A stretch of 64,000 bases of DNA from an uncultured Desulfosarcina sp. Lineage in GTDB: Bacteria; Desulfobacterota; Desulfobacteria; Desulfobacterales; Desulfosarcinaceae. The DNA lies in assembly GCA_963674945.2 (NCBI GenBank), contig CAXXWQ010000003.1, positions 2,144,001-2,208,000 of the forward strand, given 5' to 3'. The translations under genes and the position numbers were made by a program. How positions within the stretch are numbered: position 1 is the first letter of the stretch; each line of letters starts with the position of its first letter. Of this stretch, positions 1 through 13,612 are shown piece by piece. Under the pieces are notes generated by a model that saw only the letters and a list, made by a program, of their open reading frames with translations, was not told the origin of the DNA and searched no databases.

Positions 1-548
1 TGGTGACCAACAGCGCGGATGAACCCTTAAAAGGATTGGCCTACCTTCTGAAAGCCGTTGCACGGGTGTCAAGGAAAAGAGAGGTTCGTCTGATCGTCAT
101 TGGAACGCCAAAGAAAAACGGCCATACCGTGAAACTGGTCCGTAAACTCGGCATCGGTCATCTGGTTACCTTTACGGGGCGCGTGGACCATACCGAGTTC
201 GTTCGGCAGTATGCACGGGCCGGTATGGCGGTTGTACCCTCATTGTATGAAGGATTCGGACTTCCCGCAGGAGAGGCCATGGCCTGTGGTGTGCCGGTTA
301 TCAGCACTTCCGCCGGTGCTCTGCCGGAAGTTGTGGGAAATGATGGTATTATCGTCCCGCCTGCAGATCACAGAGCGCTGGCAGTCGCAATCGAAACACT
401 TCTGCAAAACCCGGAAAAAGCCAAAGCATTGGGAAGTGCAGGCTATCAGCGGGTTCACAGCCTGTTTACGTGGCGAAGCGCCGCGGAGAAAACCGTTGAT
501 GTCTACAAGGAGGTCATCCGTGATCACCATGAACTTCGCGCGGCTTGA
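1..548 (+). CDS. GT4 family glycosyltransferase (5' partial)
   Basis: KGLAYLL and PSLYEGFGLPAGEAMACG GT-B motifs; runs off window start. Confidence 0.9.
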   Translation, partial: VTNSADEPLKGLAYLLKAVARVSRKREVRLIVIGTPKKNGHTVKLVRKLGIGHLVTFTGRVDHTEFVRQYARAGMAVVPSLYEGFGLPAGEAMACGVPVISTSAGALPEVVGNDGIIVPPADHRALAVAIETLLQNPEKAKALGSAGYQRVHSLFTWRSAAEKTVDVYKEVIRDHHELRAA

Positions 549-1230
549 GATCCGTCCGGGGGTCCGAATTCTAGACATCGGGTGCGGCCCGGGAAGACAT
601 ACATGCGCTGCGGCATGTCTTGAGGGAACCACCGTGATCGGAGCGGATCTCATGTTCGACGACATCGCGGAAGCCAGGGATCGCCTGGTTCAGTTAGATG
701 AAGAGGGTGTGTGTCCCGGACATTGGGAACTGCTCTGCACCAATATTCTCAATCTGCCCTTCGAAGATTGTGCTTTCGACGTGGTGATCTGCGCGGAAGT
801 GCTGGAGCACATAACGAAACAGCGTTCGGCAATGGCGGAGATCGTACGGGTATTAAAACCGGGAGGACAGTTGGCAGTCAGTGTTCCGAGATTTTTTCCC
901 GAATGGATCTGCTGGAAACTCTCACGCGAGTACACCGATACTGACCTGGGCCATGTGCGCATTTACAAAAAGAAGCAATTGATAAACCTGCTAGAGAAAA
1001 ATAATGTTCATCTTCTGGCGTATCACTATGCCCATAGCCTGCATTCACCCTTCTGGTGGCTCAAATGCCTGGTGGGACCCAAACGTCAGGATTCGCTCCT
1101 CGTGAACCTGTATCACCGGCTTCTGGTATGGGACCTGATGGAAAAACCCAAAATAACCCGCATGTTGGAGCACCTGCTCAATCCAATCTTGGGAAAGAGC
1201 CTTGTGCTTTACCTCAAAAAAGGCAGCTAA
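520..1230 (+). CDS. Class I SAM-dependent methyltransferase
   Basis: ILDIGCGPG, LPFED..FDVVICAEVLEH; SD AAGGAGG at 507-513 before GTG 520; overlaps GT stop. Confidence 0.85.
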   Translation: MITMNFARLEIRPGVRILDIGCGPGRHTCAAACLEGTTVIGADLMFDDIAEARDRLVQLDEEGVCPGHWELLCTNILNLPFEDCAFDVVICAEVLEHITKQRSAMAEIVRVLKPGGQLAVSVPRFFPEWICWKLSREYTDTDLGHVRIYKKKQLINLLEKNNVHLLAYHYAHSLHSPFWWLKCLVGPKRQDSLLVNLYHRLLVWDLMEKPKITRMLEHLLNPILGKSLVLYLKKGS

Positions 1231-1615
1231 TTTCCACTTCCAAGGAACTCGTTCATTATTCCAATTAAGAAGGACTTTTTGATAAAAAGCGTTTCCCTCG
1301 TTTCCGTCTATCTGCAAAAAAAATAATAACGAGTTTCCTGCACGAGATTGTTTGGCCATATTTGGCCTGGAAACGCTTTTTACGGTTTTATCACTTGTAA
1401 TAAGGCAACTTTCAATCAGCTCTTGCCGGGCCTTTTTCTTCAATGAATCAAGTAACAGTGCAACATCTGAAAGTTTGTATGTGACGAATATTTCATGAGG
1501 TTTTCCTTGTTTGTGTGCCCGGGTGTGGTTATCGTAAATGTGATAATACGATTGACACCGCGTTCCAATCATACTGACAAATGACCGAATGATCGATCAT
1601 CTACGGAGGATTTTC

Positions 1616-2356
1616 ATGAAACAGATATATACATTGACTCTTTTGTTCGTTTTCACAAGCGCATCCTTGGCTGCGCAGGGACTGCCGGTACGATACCAGG
1701 TGGACGGCCAGGATTTTGAAGGATATTACATTTCCCCTTCGGCAGAGTCCCCTTTCATTTTGCTCATTCATGACTGGGATGGGCTTACCAATTATGAGGT
1801 GCAACGTGCCGGGATGCTGGCCGATATGGGGTATTCGGTCTTTGCAGCAGATCTTTTCGGCGCCGGTGTGCGGCCTACGGAGGTAGAAGATAAGAGACAG
1901 CATACCGGTGAACTTTACAAGGACCGGGCGCGTATGCGAATGATTTTGACAGGTGCCTTGCATGCAGCGCGTGGCAAAGGTGCCAATGTGGACAACGGCG
2001 TGGCCATGGGGTATTGTTTCGGTGGTGCCGCCGTGTTGGAACTGGCCCGCTCGGGAGCGGATCTCAAGGGATTTGTTACCTTTCATGGCGGTCTGGGAAC
2101 GCCTGCAGGGCAGGATTACAGCAGAGTCAGAGGAACCGTCCTGGTCTTTCACGGCACGGCGGACACGGCCATCACCATGGACGATTTTGCCGATCTGGCC
2201 AAGCGGTTGGAGTCCAACAAAATTTCACACGAAATGATTACTTACAGCGGTGCGCCGCACGCCTTTACCGTATTCGGAACAGATCGCTACCATAAGGATG
2301 CGGATGGAAAATCGTGGCGCCGGTTTGGTGAATTTCTCGAGACTATTTTAAAGTAA
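1616..2356 (+). CDS. Dienelactone hydrolase family protein, signal peptide
   Basis: GYCFGG nucleophile motif, HGTAD, APHAF; SD GGAGG before ATG 1616. Confidence 0.9.
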   Translation: MKQIYTLTLLFVFTSASLAAQGLPVRYQVDGQDFEGYYISPSAESPFILLIHDWDGLTNYEVQRAGMLADMGYSVFAADLFGAGVRPTEVEDKRQHTGELYKDRARMRMILTGALHAARGKGANVDNGVAMGYCFGGAAVLELARSGADLKGFVTFHGGLGTPAGQDYSRVRGTVLVFHGTADTAITMDDFADLAKRLESNKISHEMITYSGAPHAFTVFGTDRYHKDADGKSWRRFGEFLETILK

Positions 2357-2532
2357 ACGTTCGTTGGGTAGATGTCCACTTCATGCTTCGCGAAATGTAT
2401 TGGAAATCTCGAAACACCAGGAGTCGAATGACACCATGGGACGAGTGAGAAAAAAAGGTTATCGGGTCGGATCAAGGTCAATTGAGATTAGGTAAAATCC
2501 CTTATAAAACAGAAATATGGGGCTGACGGAAA

Positions 2533-3027
2533 ATGAAACGGACAATGCTGCTGGCGATACTTTTTATCTGCGGATGTTCTGCGCCGCACTATATCTGGCC
2601 CCAGAAGGACATGAGCGTGTATGAGATCAATCGGGCCACGGACGAAAAAAGAGTCCTGATCGCCTCCCGGGACAGCGATTTCAAGCGCGCGCTCGTAGAA
2701 GAGATTGTATCGGCATATGAGAGCAAACCCGTATACGTGAAGATCATCGGCATCGAAGCACTGGAAAACGAGGATGCGAATGGGTATTCCGCCGTGTTGT
2801 TGATCAACACCTGCATGGGGTGGACGGTGGATGTGGAAGTCAGCCGTTTCCTTGACCACCACGGTGCCGTAGAATCCATTATCGTAGTAACGACCTCTGC
2901 CGGTGGTGACGTGCCTCCGGAGAACGAAAATTGGGCCATCGATGCCATTTCATCGGCATCGGCATTGGACCGGGTTCACCCGCTGGCAAATGAACTGATC
3001 GGAAAAATCGACCGGCTGATCGAATAG
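2533..3027 (+). CDS. Hypothetical lipoprotein, flavodoxin-like alpha/beta
   Basis: Lipobox-like FICGC; coherent 164 aa ORF. Confidence 0.65.
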   Translation: MKRTMLLAILFICGCSAPHYIWPQKDMSVYEINRATDEKRVLIASRDSDFKRALVEEIVSAYESKPVYVKIIGIEALENEDANGYSAVLLINTCMGWTVDVEVSRFLDHHGAVESIIVVTTSAGGDVPPENENWAIDAISSASALDRVHPLANELIGKIDRLIE

Positions 3028-3043
3028 GACCAACCAAGGGGGT

Positions 3044-3397
3044 TTGTTTGCCGGAAACGGTATCTACCCGGAGAGCATCGCCGCCGATCTTTCTCCTGGC
3101 GACCTGTCCAAATATTTTGTCCGACGTGACGATTCTTACCAGATATCCAGAAACATTGGTGAAATGGTGATTTTTGCCCAGCACAACCTGATCAAGGATC
3201 CACCCTTTACCAACATTTCGTTGATCAGTTGCCGGAATCTTCTCATTTCCCATCTCCACCGGGCTTCAGAAAGCGTTTTCAACAAATGGGGTGGTTCGAT
3301 ACACCAATATCCGGATAGATACTTTCAACGACTTTGTCCTCGGCATGCTGTCCACGGATCAAAACGCATGATAAACGGCCGATTCCAAATGAAATGA
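3044..3397 (+). pseudogene. CheR-type methyltransferase fragment
   Basis: GIYPESIAAD...FAQHNLIKDPPFTNISLISCRNLLI is the CheR C-terminal core; N-terminus missing and sequence degenerates. Confidence 0.7.
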
Positions 3398-3904
3398 TTG
3401 ATACACGACTGTGTTTTGTTTTTCTGGACGATGGGAGAATTCTATCCAACCACTTTACGGTCGGTTTTTGAATAGGAATTAGTAGGAAAACGAAGAATTT
3501 CGAAGAAAATAGCAGTTTTTATTTTTGTCGACAGTTTGTTAAAAACTTTCTAACGGACTGGTAACACAACCTAAAATCACGTTTGTGATAACTTCCTGAA
3601 TTCTAAACAATTATTCTGTTCTTGATTGAAAAATCGTATAAAAACAGAGAAATAAAAATTGTGCAGAATCATTTCCGCCATGGTGGGCTAATCCTCCTCT
3701 ATCCGCGTTGACAATCGGACCTGATTCAGACAATCTGTGCCAGAAATATGAACGCACCTTTTCATGGTTGATCGCAGATTTCTCCGCTACCGCGGCATTA
3801 CTCAACCTAAATCGAACTATCGGATTATCAATGTCAGGGGTGCCTTGTTCATGGTGAGTCGCTAAAGGTTCTCAACCAACTTTTTTTGTTGAGAAAGGTG
3901 AACG

Positions 3905-4330
3905 ATGAGTCGAATTCTGGTCATTGACGATGAGGTCAGCATCTCCGAATTGATCCGTGAAGTCTTGATGGGGCATGGCTACAGTGTGGAAACGGCTGCC
4001 AATGGCAAGGAGGGAATGCGGCTTATATCGGAATTCAAATTCGATCTGATCGTGACCGACATGTGCATGCCGGATATGAATGGATCCAGTATTGTTTCGC
4101 ATGTTCGCAACTCCAACCGTCACCGAACACCTATCATCGGAATTTCCGGAACACCTTGGATGTTGGAGGGCGTTGCGTGTGATGAGGTTCTTACCAAACC
4201 GTTTTCTTTGAAAGTGCTGGCCGAAACCGTCCGGTGCTTGACTCAAGAACATGCAGAGGAAAGGACGATGTCCGTCACCCCCGATGCCTCTGTGTATCGC
4301 CAGCCGTTCCATTCCCAAAGCGCTTTATAG
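3905..4330 (+). CDS. Single-domain response regulator
   Basis: ILVIDDE, VTDMCMPD, LTKPF receiver motifs. Confidence 0.9.
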   Translation: MSRILVIDDEVSISELIREVLMGHGYSVETAANGKEGMRLISEFKFDLIVTDMCMPDMNGSSIVSHVRNSNRHRTPIIGISGTPWMLEGVACDEVLTKPFSLKVLAETVRCLTQEHAEERTMSVTPDASVYRQPFHSQSAL

Positions 4331-4439
4331 TGTCTAATACACGCACAATTCGCAGGTGTTGGTTACAAGATCCAACCTACGTAAATTTGCATCGCAGAAA
4401 CGGTTATTGTATCGTGATGTTCGATAATTGCACAAAATA

Positions 4440-4469
4440 GGGGAGAAAAAATATTATTTTTTTCTCCCC
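4440..4469. terminator. Hairpin between convergent genes, probable intrinsic terminator
   Basis: GGGGAGAAAAAA...TTTTTTCTCCCC followed by a T-rich tract. Confidence 0.6.
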
Positions 4470-4513
4470 TTCTTTTTTCTCTCTAATTTTGGAAAAAAGG
4501 TTAATGTAAATCG

Positions 4514-6178
4514 TTATCGCTTACGGAAATGAAAAATTCCCCAGGCGAGATGTCCACTTTTGCCGCCATCCACCCAGTGCTTCAATCCTTTTTTCATGTT
4601 CTCCATATAGTGCTGGCTGACCGCATTGGCAAGATCCTGCTCACGTCGTTGCGTTTCCTTGAGGATTCGCCAATAATGGGTCGTTAACTGGTCCGTATGA
4701 TCTTCAAATCCCATCTCCTCCATACCGTATTGCCTTGTCGTTTCACGATAGAAACGTGGCGATCCCAAGGTTTCCAGATGGATGCGATCAAGAATCGGCT
4801 GCAGCACATCTTTGGGGCAATTGTCCGCCATCATGGGATCGGTGAAGACGAAGTGGCCACCGGGTTTGAGAAGGCGGGTTACCTCCTCGATAACGGTCTT
4901 CCGGTCTCCGCTGTGCAAAATGGCATCCTGTGACCAGACGATGTCGAAGGTGCTGTCGGGAAGGGGCGCATCCTCGAATGAACCATCGATGACATCGATC
5001 AGGTGGTCGACACCTTGCACCTTGTTCATTTCCCGGTTCCGTCGGTTCTCCACTTCACTCAGGTTAAGGGCCGTCACATGGCAGCCGTAGGTCTTGGCGA
5101 GAAAACGCGCCGCTCCGCCAAACCCGGAACCAAAATCGATGACGCGGGTGTTGGAAGTGATGTCCAGACGAGAGGCGATCTTCTCCACCGTCCGTCGACT
5201 GGCGATAAAAATGGAATCCTCGTCGTTATCGTACAATCCAATGTGGATGTCCTCGCCCCCCCAGATGGTGAAATAGAAGTTGTCGGCATCGCTGCTGTTG
5301 TAATATTGCTGGGCGACCGTTACCGGTTCGGAATAATTCAGCCGGGTTTTCGACGGATCCCGTTGCCCGGGCTGATAGACCTTTTCGACCACATGGGTCA
5401 AAAAGTCCGGCGTATCGTCTGTGAAGTCGTCCTGGTAGTCGCCATAGGTGTCGATGTGCTGGAATCCCACCTCGCGCATGAGTCCGCGCAAATATTTTTT
5501 TCGGAGGGGGAACATATTGAGGTGGTAGGTACTGCCGTCCGAAAATACATACTTGAATCGCGCCAGTCCTTCATCCACAAATTCCGGTTCGGCCGTAACG
5601 GTTTCACCACAATAGTGGTATTTGTGTTTGCAGGAAAAACCACAATCGACAATGGTGTCATAATTGCGCTGGTCCAGAATCAACACCCCGTCGTGTTTGA
5701 GCACGGCGTAGAACTCGGCCAGGGCTTTTCGTCGGTCTCGTTCGGAGAAGAGGTGGGTAAAGGAGTTCCCCAGGCAGATAACGGCGTCAAAGCGCTCCTT
5801 GATGTCCCGGCTCAGCCAACGCCAGTCGGCGTTGACCGTGTGGAGAATACAGTCGTGGCGGCGGGCGTTGTCAAAGGCCTTGGTCAACATCTCAGGGCTT
5901 CCGTCACAACTGGTCACATCGAAGCCGGCCTTAAGCAGGCGGACCGAATGAAACCCCGTGCCGGTGGCCACATCCAGCACTTTTTTCGTCCCATATTCTC
6001 TTAACTTATCGATGAAGAAACTGCCTTCCCCCTCCGCGCGTTTTTCCCAATCGATCAATTCATCCCATTTATCCACGAAGGGAGTGACGTATTCTTCGAC
6101 GTAATGGTTGGTGTCACGTACTTCAGTGGGCTCCTCACCGAACGTTTGCTCATATTTGGTTGCGATATCTCGTCTCAT
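4514..6178 (-). CDS. Fused glycine/sarcosine N-methyltransferase + sarcosine/dimethylglycine N-methyltransferase (glycine betaine synthesis)
   Basis: N-half FVDKWDELIDW, VLDVATGTGFHS, CLGNSFTHL, DQRNYD (GSMT-like); C-half YYNSSDADNFY..IWGGEDIHIG, WSQDAILH (SDMT-like). Confidence 0.9.
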   Translation of the reverse strand: MRRDIATKYEQTFGEEPTEVRDTNHYVEEYVTPFVDKWDELIDWEKRAEGEGSFFIDKLREYGTKKVLDVATGTGFHSVRLLKAGFDVTSCDGSPEMLTKAFDNARRHDCILHTVNADWRWLSRDIKERFDAVICLGNSFTHLFSERDRRKALAEFYAVLKHDGVLILDQRNYDTIVDCGFSCKHKYHYCGETVTAEPEFVDEGLARFKYVFSDGSTYHLNMFPLRKKYLRGLMREVGFQHIDTYGDYQDDFTDDTPDFLTHVVEKVYQPGQRDPSKTRLNYSEPVTVAQQYYNSSDADNFYFTIWGGEDIHIGLYDNDEDSIFIASRRTVEKIASRLDITSNTRVIDFGSGFGGAARFLAKTYGCHVTALNLSEVENRRNREMNKVQGVDHLIDVIDGSFEDAPLPDSTFDIVWSQDAILHSGDRKTVIEEVTRLLKPGGHFVFTDPMMADNCPKDVLQPILDRIHLETLGSPRFYRETTRQYGMEEMGFEDHTDQLTTHYWRILKETQRREQDLANAVSQHYMENMKKGLKHWVDGGKSGHLAWGIFHFRKR

Positions 6179-6211
6179 GAATTTCTCCTTACTGCATATT
6201 GAACGTTTCGG

Positions 6212-7705
6212 TTAATATCTGTAGTGTTCCGGTTTATACGGTCCCTCTACGGGAACGCCGATGTAATCGGCCTGATCCTGTGTCATCTCGGTCAGCCTCG
6301 CGCCGAGTTTGGAAAGGTGAAGTCTTGCCACCTCTTCGTCGCGTTTTTTATCGAGGCAGTACACCCCGATTTCCCTGCTTTCCCGATTCGCCCACAGATC
6401 CATCTGGGCCAGCACCTGGTTGGTAAAACTGTTCGACATGACAAAACTCGGATGTCCGGTTGCGCATCCCAGGTTGACGAGCCTTCCTTCGGCCAGCAGA
6501 TAAATGCTGTGGCCGTCTTCGAAGGTGTACCTGTCCACCTGGGGCTTGATCGTGGTTTTTTGAACGCCGGGCCAGTCGTTGAGGCGATCCACCTGAATTT
6601 CATTGTCGAAATGACCGATGTTGCAGACGATGGCCTGGTCCTTCATTCGACTCATGTGCTCTGCGGTGATGATGTCCCTGTTTCCCGTCGTCGTGACGAA
6701 GATATCCGCTTCGGACAGGGCATCTTCCACCGTGCATACGATGTGGCCGGCCATGCAGGCCTGCAGGGCGCAGATGGGGTCCACTTCGGAGACCAGGATT
6801 CGACACTTTTGGCTGGCCAGGGACTCCGCCGATCCCTTGCCCACGTCGCCAAAGCCGCATATCATGGCTGTTTTGCCGGCCAGCATCACGTCCATGGCCC
6901 GGCAAATGCCGTCCACCAGGGAATGGCGGCAGCCATAGACGTTATCGAACTTGGATTTTGTCACTGAATCGTTGACGTTGATGGCGGGTGCCAGAAGTGA
7001 AGTGTCCTTTTGCATATGATAGAGCCGGTGAACGCCGGTGGTGGTCTCCTCGCTTACCCCTTTCCATACTTCTGCAGCCCTGTGCCAAAACGAGCTGTCG
7101 GCATTGTTGACCGCCTGAAGGAGTCGCTGGATGACCTGAAGTTCTTTGTTGTCGGTGAGTGCTGATAATAGGGCCGGATTCTCTTCCGCCGCATACCCCT
7201 TGTGGATTAAAAGAGTCGCGTCGCCGCCGTCGTCGACGATCAGTTGGGGAGTGCCGCCGTCCGGCCATGTCATGGCCTTCAGGGTACACCACCAATACTC
7301 CTCCAGGGTCTCCCCCTTCCAGGCGAATACCGGTGTGCCCGTCGCAGCGATGGCCGCCGCTGCGTGATCCTGGGTGGAAAAGATGTTGCAGCTTGCCCAA
7401 CGCACATCGGCGCCCAATGTTTTCAGGGTTTCGATTAAAACGGCGGTCTGTACGGTCATGTGGAGGCTTCCCATGATCCTGACATCCTTAAGAGGCTTTT
7501 GGGGACCATATTTTTCGCGGGTGGCCATCAGGCCCGGCATCTCTTTCTCGGCGATTTCGATCTCCCGCCGCCCCCATGGGGCCAAGTCGATGTCGGCTAC
7601 CCTGTAATCGTTTTCCACCGGTGTGGTTGCACCCGCGATAATTTCGGAAATCTCGGTAATGACACTATTGTTGGTATCGGCGGCCTGTGCCGTCTTCGTT
7701 TGCAT
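6212..7705 (-). CDS. ahcY: Adenosylhomocysteinase
   Basis: [57 protein letters not shown] before ATG 7705. Confidence 0.97.
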   Translation of the reverse strand: MQTKTAQAADTNNSVITEISEIIAGATTPVENDYRVADIDLAPWGRREIEIAEKEMPGLMATREKYGPQKPLKDVRIMGSLHMTVQTAVLIETLKTLGADVRWASCNIFSTQDHAAAAIAATGTPVFAWKGETLEEYWWCTLKAMTWPDGGTPQLIVDDGGDATLLIHKGYAAEENPALLSALTDNKELQVIQRLLQAVNNADSSFWHRAAEVWKGVSEETTTGVHRLYHMQKDTSLLAPAINVNDSVTKSKFDNVYGCRHSLVDGICRAMDVMLAGKTAMICGFGDVGKGSAESLASQKCRILVSEVDPICALQACMAGHIVCTVEDALSEADIFVTTTGNRDIITAEHMSRMKDQAIVCNIGHFDNEIQVDRLNDWPGVQKTTIKPQVDRYTFEDGHSIYLLAEGRLVNLGCATGHPSFVMSNSFTNQVLAQMDLWANRESREIGVYCLDKKRDEEVARLHLSKLGARLTEMTQDQADYIGVPVEGPYKPEHYRY

Positions 7706-7820
7706 GGTTTCTCCTCGATTGGCATTTGGTTGTAATTGTGTAAGGGGGTCTGTCATGGGATGGGCTATGGGATTGGACGGTGAAACGGGCGGCCCAATGG
7801 TGCCCGTTTCACCGTATGGG

Positions 7821-9026
7821 TCATGCGACTTGTCGTGCTTTGATGCCAAGGGCGCCGGCGAGCGCTTCGGCCTTGTCGGTTTTCTCCCATGGAAAGATGT
7901 CCCGACCGAAGTGACCGGTAACCGAAGTATCCCGGTACGACCATCCTTTGGGGGTTGTTAGCTTCAGGTCTTCGATAATGGCGGCCGGCCGGAAATCGAA
8001 GATATCCCCGGATTCGAGTTCCGCCTGGATCTTCGTTTCCGCCACGTTGCCGGTGCCGAAGGTATCCACGTTGATGCTCAGCGGCTTGGCGACGCCAATG
8101 GCATATGCCACCTGGATTTCGCATTTTTCGGCAAGACCTGCGGCCACAACATTTTTCGCTGCATACCGGGCATAGTAAGCGGCCGAGCGATCCACCTTGG
8201 ATGGATCCTTCCCGCTGAAAGCGCCGCCGCCATGGCAACCGACGCCGCCGTAGGAATCCACGATGATTTTGCGGCCCGTCAGGCCGGCATCGCCATGGGG
8301 ACCGCCGATGACGAATTTGCCGGTGGGGTTGATGTAGTACTCGGTGTCGTCGTCAAGCAGGCCCGTATCTCCCAGGGTGTCTCGTGCCACGCCGATCAAA
8401 TCCTTTCGAATTTGAGACAAAGAAACCTCATCGGTCTGATGGGAGATCACGACGTTGGTGATGCGTTCGGGAACTCCGTTTACATGAAGAACGGAGACCT
8501 GCGTTTTTGCATCGGGTCGCAGGTAGTCGATCTCACCGCGTTTGCGGATTCGTTGGAGGTTTTCCAGCAACCGATGGCTGTAATGGATGGGGGCCGGCAT
8601 CAAAGAGGGCGTTGCGCGGGTCGCGTATCCGAACATCATCCCCTGGTCCCCGGCGCCCTGTTCCTTGAACAGTCCTTCACCTTCGCAGACCCCCTGGGAA
8701 ATGTCACAGGATTGGGGGTGGATGTGACAAAGATATTCGAAGCTGTTGTGGCAAAACAGAAGTTCGTCTCTGTCGTAGCCGATCTCCTGGACCACCTTTC
8801 GTGCGATGGCTTCGGGATCGATCTGATCCCATCCGCTGCAGGTAATTTCGCCGATGTTGACGAGGAAATTGGTTGTCACCGCCGTCTCGCAGGCGACCCT
8901 GCTGGTCGGATCCTGGCCCAAACATGCATCGAGGATGGCATCGGAGACCTGGTCGCAGATCTTGTCCGGGTGCCCCTCGCTTACGGATTCGCTGGTAAAT
9001 ACATGATCGTTCTGAAGCTTGCTCAT
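7821..9026 (-). CDS. metK: S-adenosylmethionine synthetase
   Basis: [28 protein letters not shown] motifs. Confidence 0.98.
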   Translation of the reverse strand: MSKLQNDHVFTSESVSEGHPDKICDQVSDAILDACLGQDPTSRVACETAVTTNFLVNIGEITCSGWDQIDPEAIARKVVQEIGYDRDELLFCHNSFEYLCHIHPQSCDISQGVCEGEGLFKEQGAGDQGMMFGYATRATPSLMPAPIHYSHRLLENLQRIRKRGEIDYLRPDAKTQVSVLHVNGVPERITNVVISHQTDEVSLSQIRKDLIGVARDTLGDTGLLDDDTEYYINPTGKFVIGGPHGDAGLTGRKIIVDSYGGVGCHGGGAFSGKDPSKVDRSAAYYARYAAKNVVAAGLAEKCEIQVAYAIGVAKPLSINVDTFGTGNVAETKIQAELESGDIFDFRPAAIIEDLKLTTPKGWSYRDTSVTGHFGRDIFPWEKTDKAEALAGALGIKARQVA

Positions 9027-9097
9027 GGATATCCTTTCAAGGTGTGGTGATTGTCGGTCGCGTATTACAATTGCCAAATCAAAAATTCATATCGGTC

Positions 9098-9113
9098 AGC
9101 AATACATGTGCCA
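9098..9113 (-). promoter_or_regulatory. Sigma-54 (-24/-12) promoter of metK operon
   Basis: Minus strand TGGCAC-ATGTA-TTGCT matches consensus TGGCAC-N5-TTGCW, about 70 bp upstream of metK ATG. Confidence 0.85.
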
Positions 9114-9528
9114 ACAAACAAATGCCAAAGTGGCTTTTGGATAAATCCGATGAAATATGTGAAAATGGAGTAGTTTGCAGCAATCCGGCAAGATGGTGAT
9201 ATGCCGCACACGGGGGAGGGAAGGGGAATTTGACGATGGGTAATGTGAGCCGTCGGGCAAAATATTGCCGCTGCCAAGTAGCTCATCGTATGGTATGGGC
9301 AAAAAATACCCAATCAGTAACGGAGTAAATGTCAATATATAGGAGATGCTTCTTGTGAGAAAATTCCGAGTATTTTAACTGAAAGCTTGCATCATACCAA
9401 TAATTCCGGTAAGTAGGGCCAACACAGACCCGATAATCGCCAAAGCACAGACAATATCATAATAGTGTAAAAAAATTGCTCGCGTAGCGTTTCTGCGCCA
9501 TAGGCGGCATGTATTTGCGAGATAAAAA

Positions 9529-10908
9529 ATGAGCAAAGAGGAAAAAGAAAAAATAAAAATCATTTGTGTCGACAGGGGAATTGGATTGGCACACCAGGTA
9601 AAGAATATCTTCGCCGACGATGATATCACCCTGGCATATGAAAGAGTCCTGGATGCCGTGGTCGATCGCTTCGAGCGGGAGGTTTTCGACCTGATGCTGT
9701 TTTCCAGCTCGATGACCCATACGAAGCCGGATAATGCGTTGGAGATCCTCGAACTGATATCGGCAAAATGTCCGGGAACCCAGATCCTATTCTTCACGCA
9801 TCCGGGACGGCTAAAGATTGCCCATCGCGCTTTACGATCCGGTGTTTTTCATTACTCCTTGCTTCCCGTCAGTGACGAAGAACTGAAACTTCTCATCGAG
9901 ACGGCCATGGCGACCAAGTCAAACCTGGGGATCAACATGCTCCTGCGTTCGGAATTGGAGAAAAACACCTTTGAAAGCATGGTGGGCCGTTCCACGTCCA
10001 TGCACCAGGTCTACCGCCAGATCCGTCAGGCCGCCGCCACGGATATTCCGGTTTTATTGTCCGGTGAAACCGGCACGGGAAAGGAACTTGCCGCCAAGGC
10101 CATCCACGAATTGAGCGGGCGGTCAAATGCACCATGCGTACCCGTTCATATCGGTTCACTACCTCCAGATCTGGTGGCCAGCGAATTATTCGGCCATGAG
10201 GCCGGGGCCTTTACCGGCGCCACACGTCTGCGCAAAGGATGTTTCGAAGCTGCCAATGGCGGGACTGTCTTTTTGGACGAGATCGCGACCATCGACGAGA
10301 AAATGCAGATCAGTCTGCTTCGCCTTCTCGAAACAAACGAATTTTGTCGCATCGGAAGCCAGGATAGCATCCGTGTGGACGTTCGCGTGATCGCTGCATC
10401 CAACGCCAATCTTGTCGATGAAATTCGCCAGGGTAGATTCAGGGAGGATCTCTTCTTTCGACTCGAGGTGCTGCACATAACGATGCCGCCGATTCGCGAA
10501 CGCCACGGTGATATCAATCTGCTGGTCGACCATTTCATCAAAAACGCCTGCGATGATTTTCAAAAGCCGTTGCGTGGCATCTCTTCCGATTTTATCAGCT
10601 GTCTCGAAGCCTACCCGTGGCCCGGAAACGTCAGAGAATTGAAAAACGTCATCCAGCGGGCCGTTATATCTTCCACCGGCGATATTCTGGATGTTTCTCA
10701 GCTTCCCCAGCGTATCCGACAATTCAAAAACGAAGATTCCACCTTGACCATCCGCGTGGGAACGAGTATCGAGAAGGTGGAGCGGGAGTTGATCAGCAGA
10801 ACGCTTAGCTATACACGACAGAATCGTACACGGGCCAGCGAAATCCTGGGGATTTCCCGTCGGTCGCTGTACAACAAGATTCGACGCTACGATCTTCAGG
10901 ATGGTTGA
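9529..10908 (+). CDS. Sigma-54-dependent enhancer-binding protein (NtrC-like) with degenerate receiver domain
   Basis: GETGTGKE, GAFTGA, FLDEI, WPGNVREL, C-terminal Fis HTH. Confidence 0.93.
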   Translation: MSKEEKEKIKIICVDRGIGLAHQVKNIFADDDITLAYERVLDAVVDRFEREVFDLMLFSSSMTHTKPDNALEILELISAKCPGTQILFFTHPGRLKIAHRALRSGVFHYSLLPVSDEELKLLIETAMATKSNLGINMLLRSELEKNTFESMVGRSTSMHQVYRQIRQAAATDIPVLLSGETGTGKELAAKAIHELSGRSNAPCVPVHIGSLPPDLVASELFGHEAGAFTGATRLRKGCFEAANGGTVFLDEIATIDEKMQISLLRLLETNEFCRIGSQDSIRVDVRVIAASNANLVDEIRQGRFREDLFFRLEVLHITMPPIRERHGDINLLVDHFIKNACDDFQKPLRGISSDFISCLEAYPWPGNVRELKNVIQRAVISSTGDILDVSQLPQRIRQFKNEDSTLTIRVGTSIEKVERELISRTLSYTRQNRTRASEILGISRRSLYNKIRRYDLQDG

Positions 10909-11084
10909 TTTGACCCACGAATCTTTTAGAAACGATCCTTTTTTTTTGCATTGCCTTCCTATCTGATTGAAATGGTGGTTGACTATTAAAGGAAAATCAT
11001 TATTATTTAGCAATTAGAAGCTTCAATCGGCAAAACATGAAATAATCTGAATTGTTGCCAATGACGATGATATTCGTGTAATAA

Positions 11085-13553
<2,469 letters not shown>

Positions 13554-13574
13554 TCGATCGTATTCGCATCGCAT

Positions 13575-13612
13575 AAAGGCGGCGTTTCAGATCAGGTTGA
13601 AACGCCGCCTTT
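13575..13612. terminator. Bidirectional intrinsic terminator
   Basis: AAAGGCGGCGTTTCA-loop-TGAAACGCCGCCTTT perfect stem between convergent genes. Confidence 0.85.

Noticed and set aside
9030..9330. SAM/SAH riboswitch upstream of metK
   Set aside because: No recognisable consensus, and the sigma-54 promoter leaves only a ~60 nt leader.
9503..9520. Sigma-54 promoter for the activator gene
   Set aside because: GG-to-GC spacing is 9 or 12, not the required 10.
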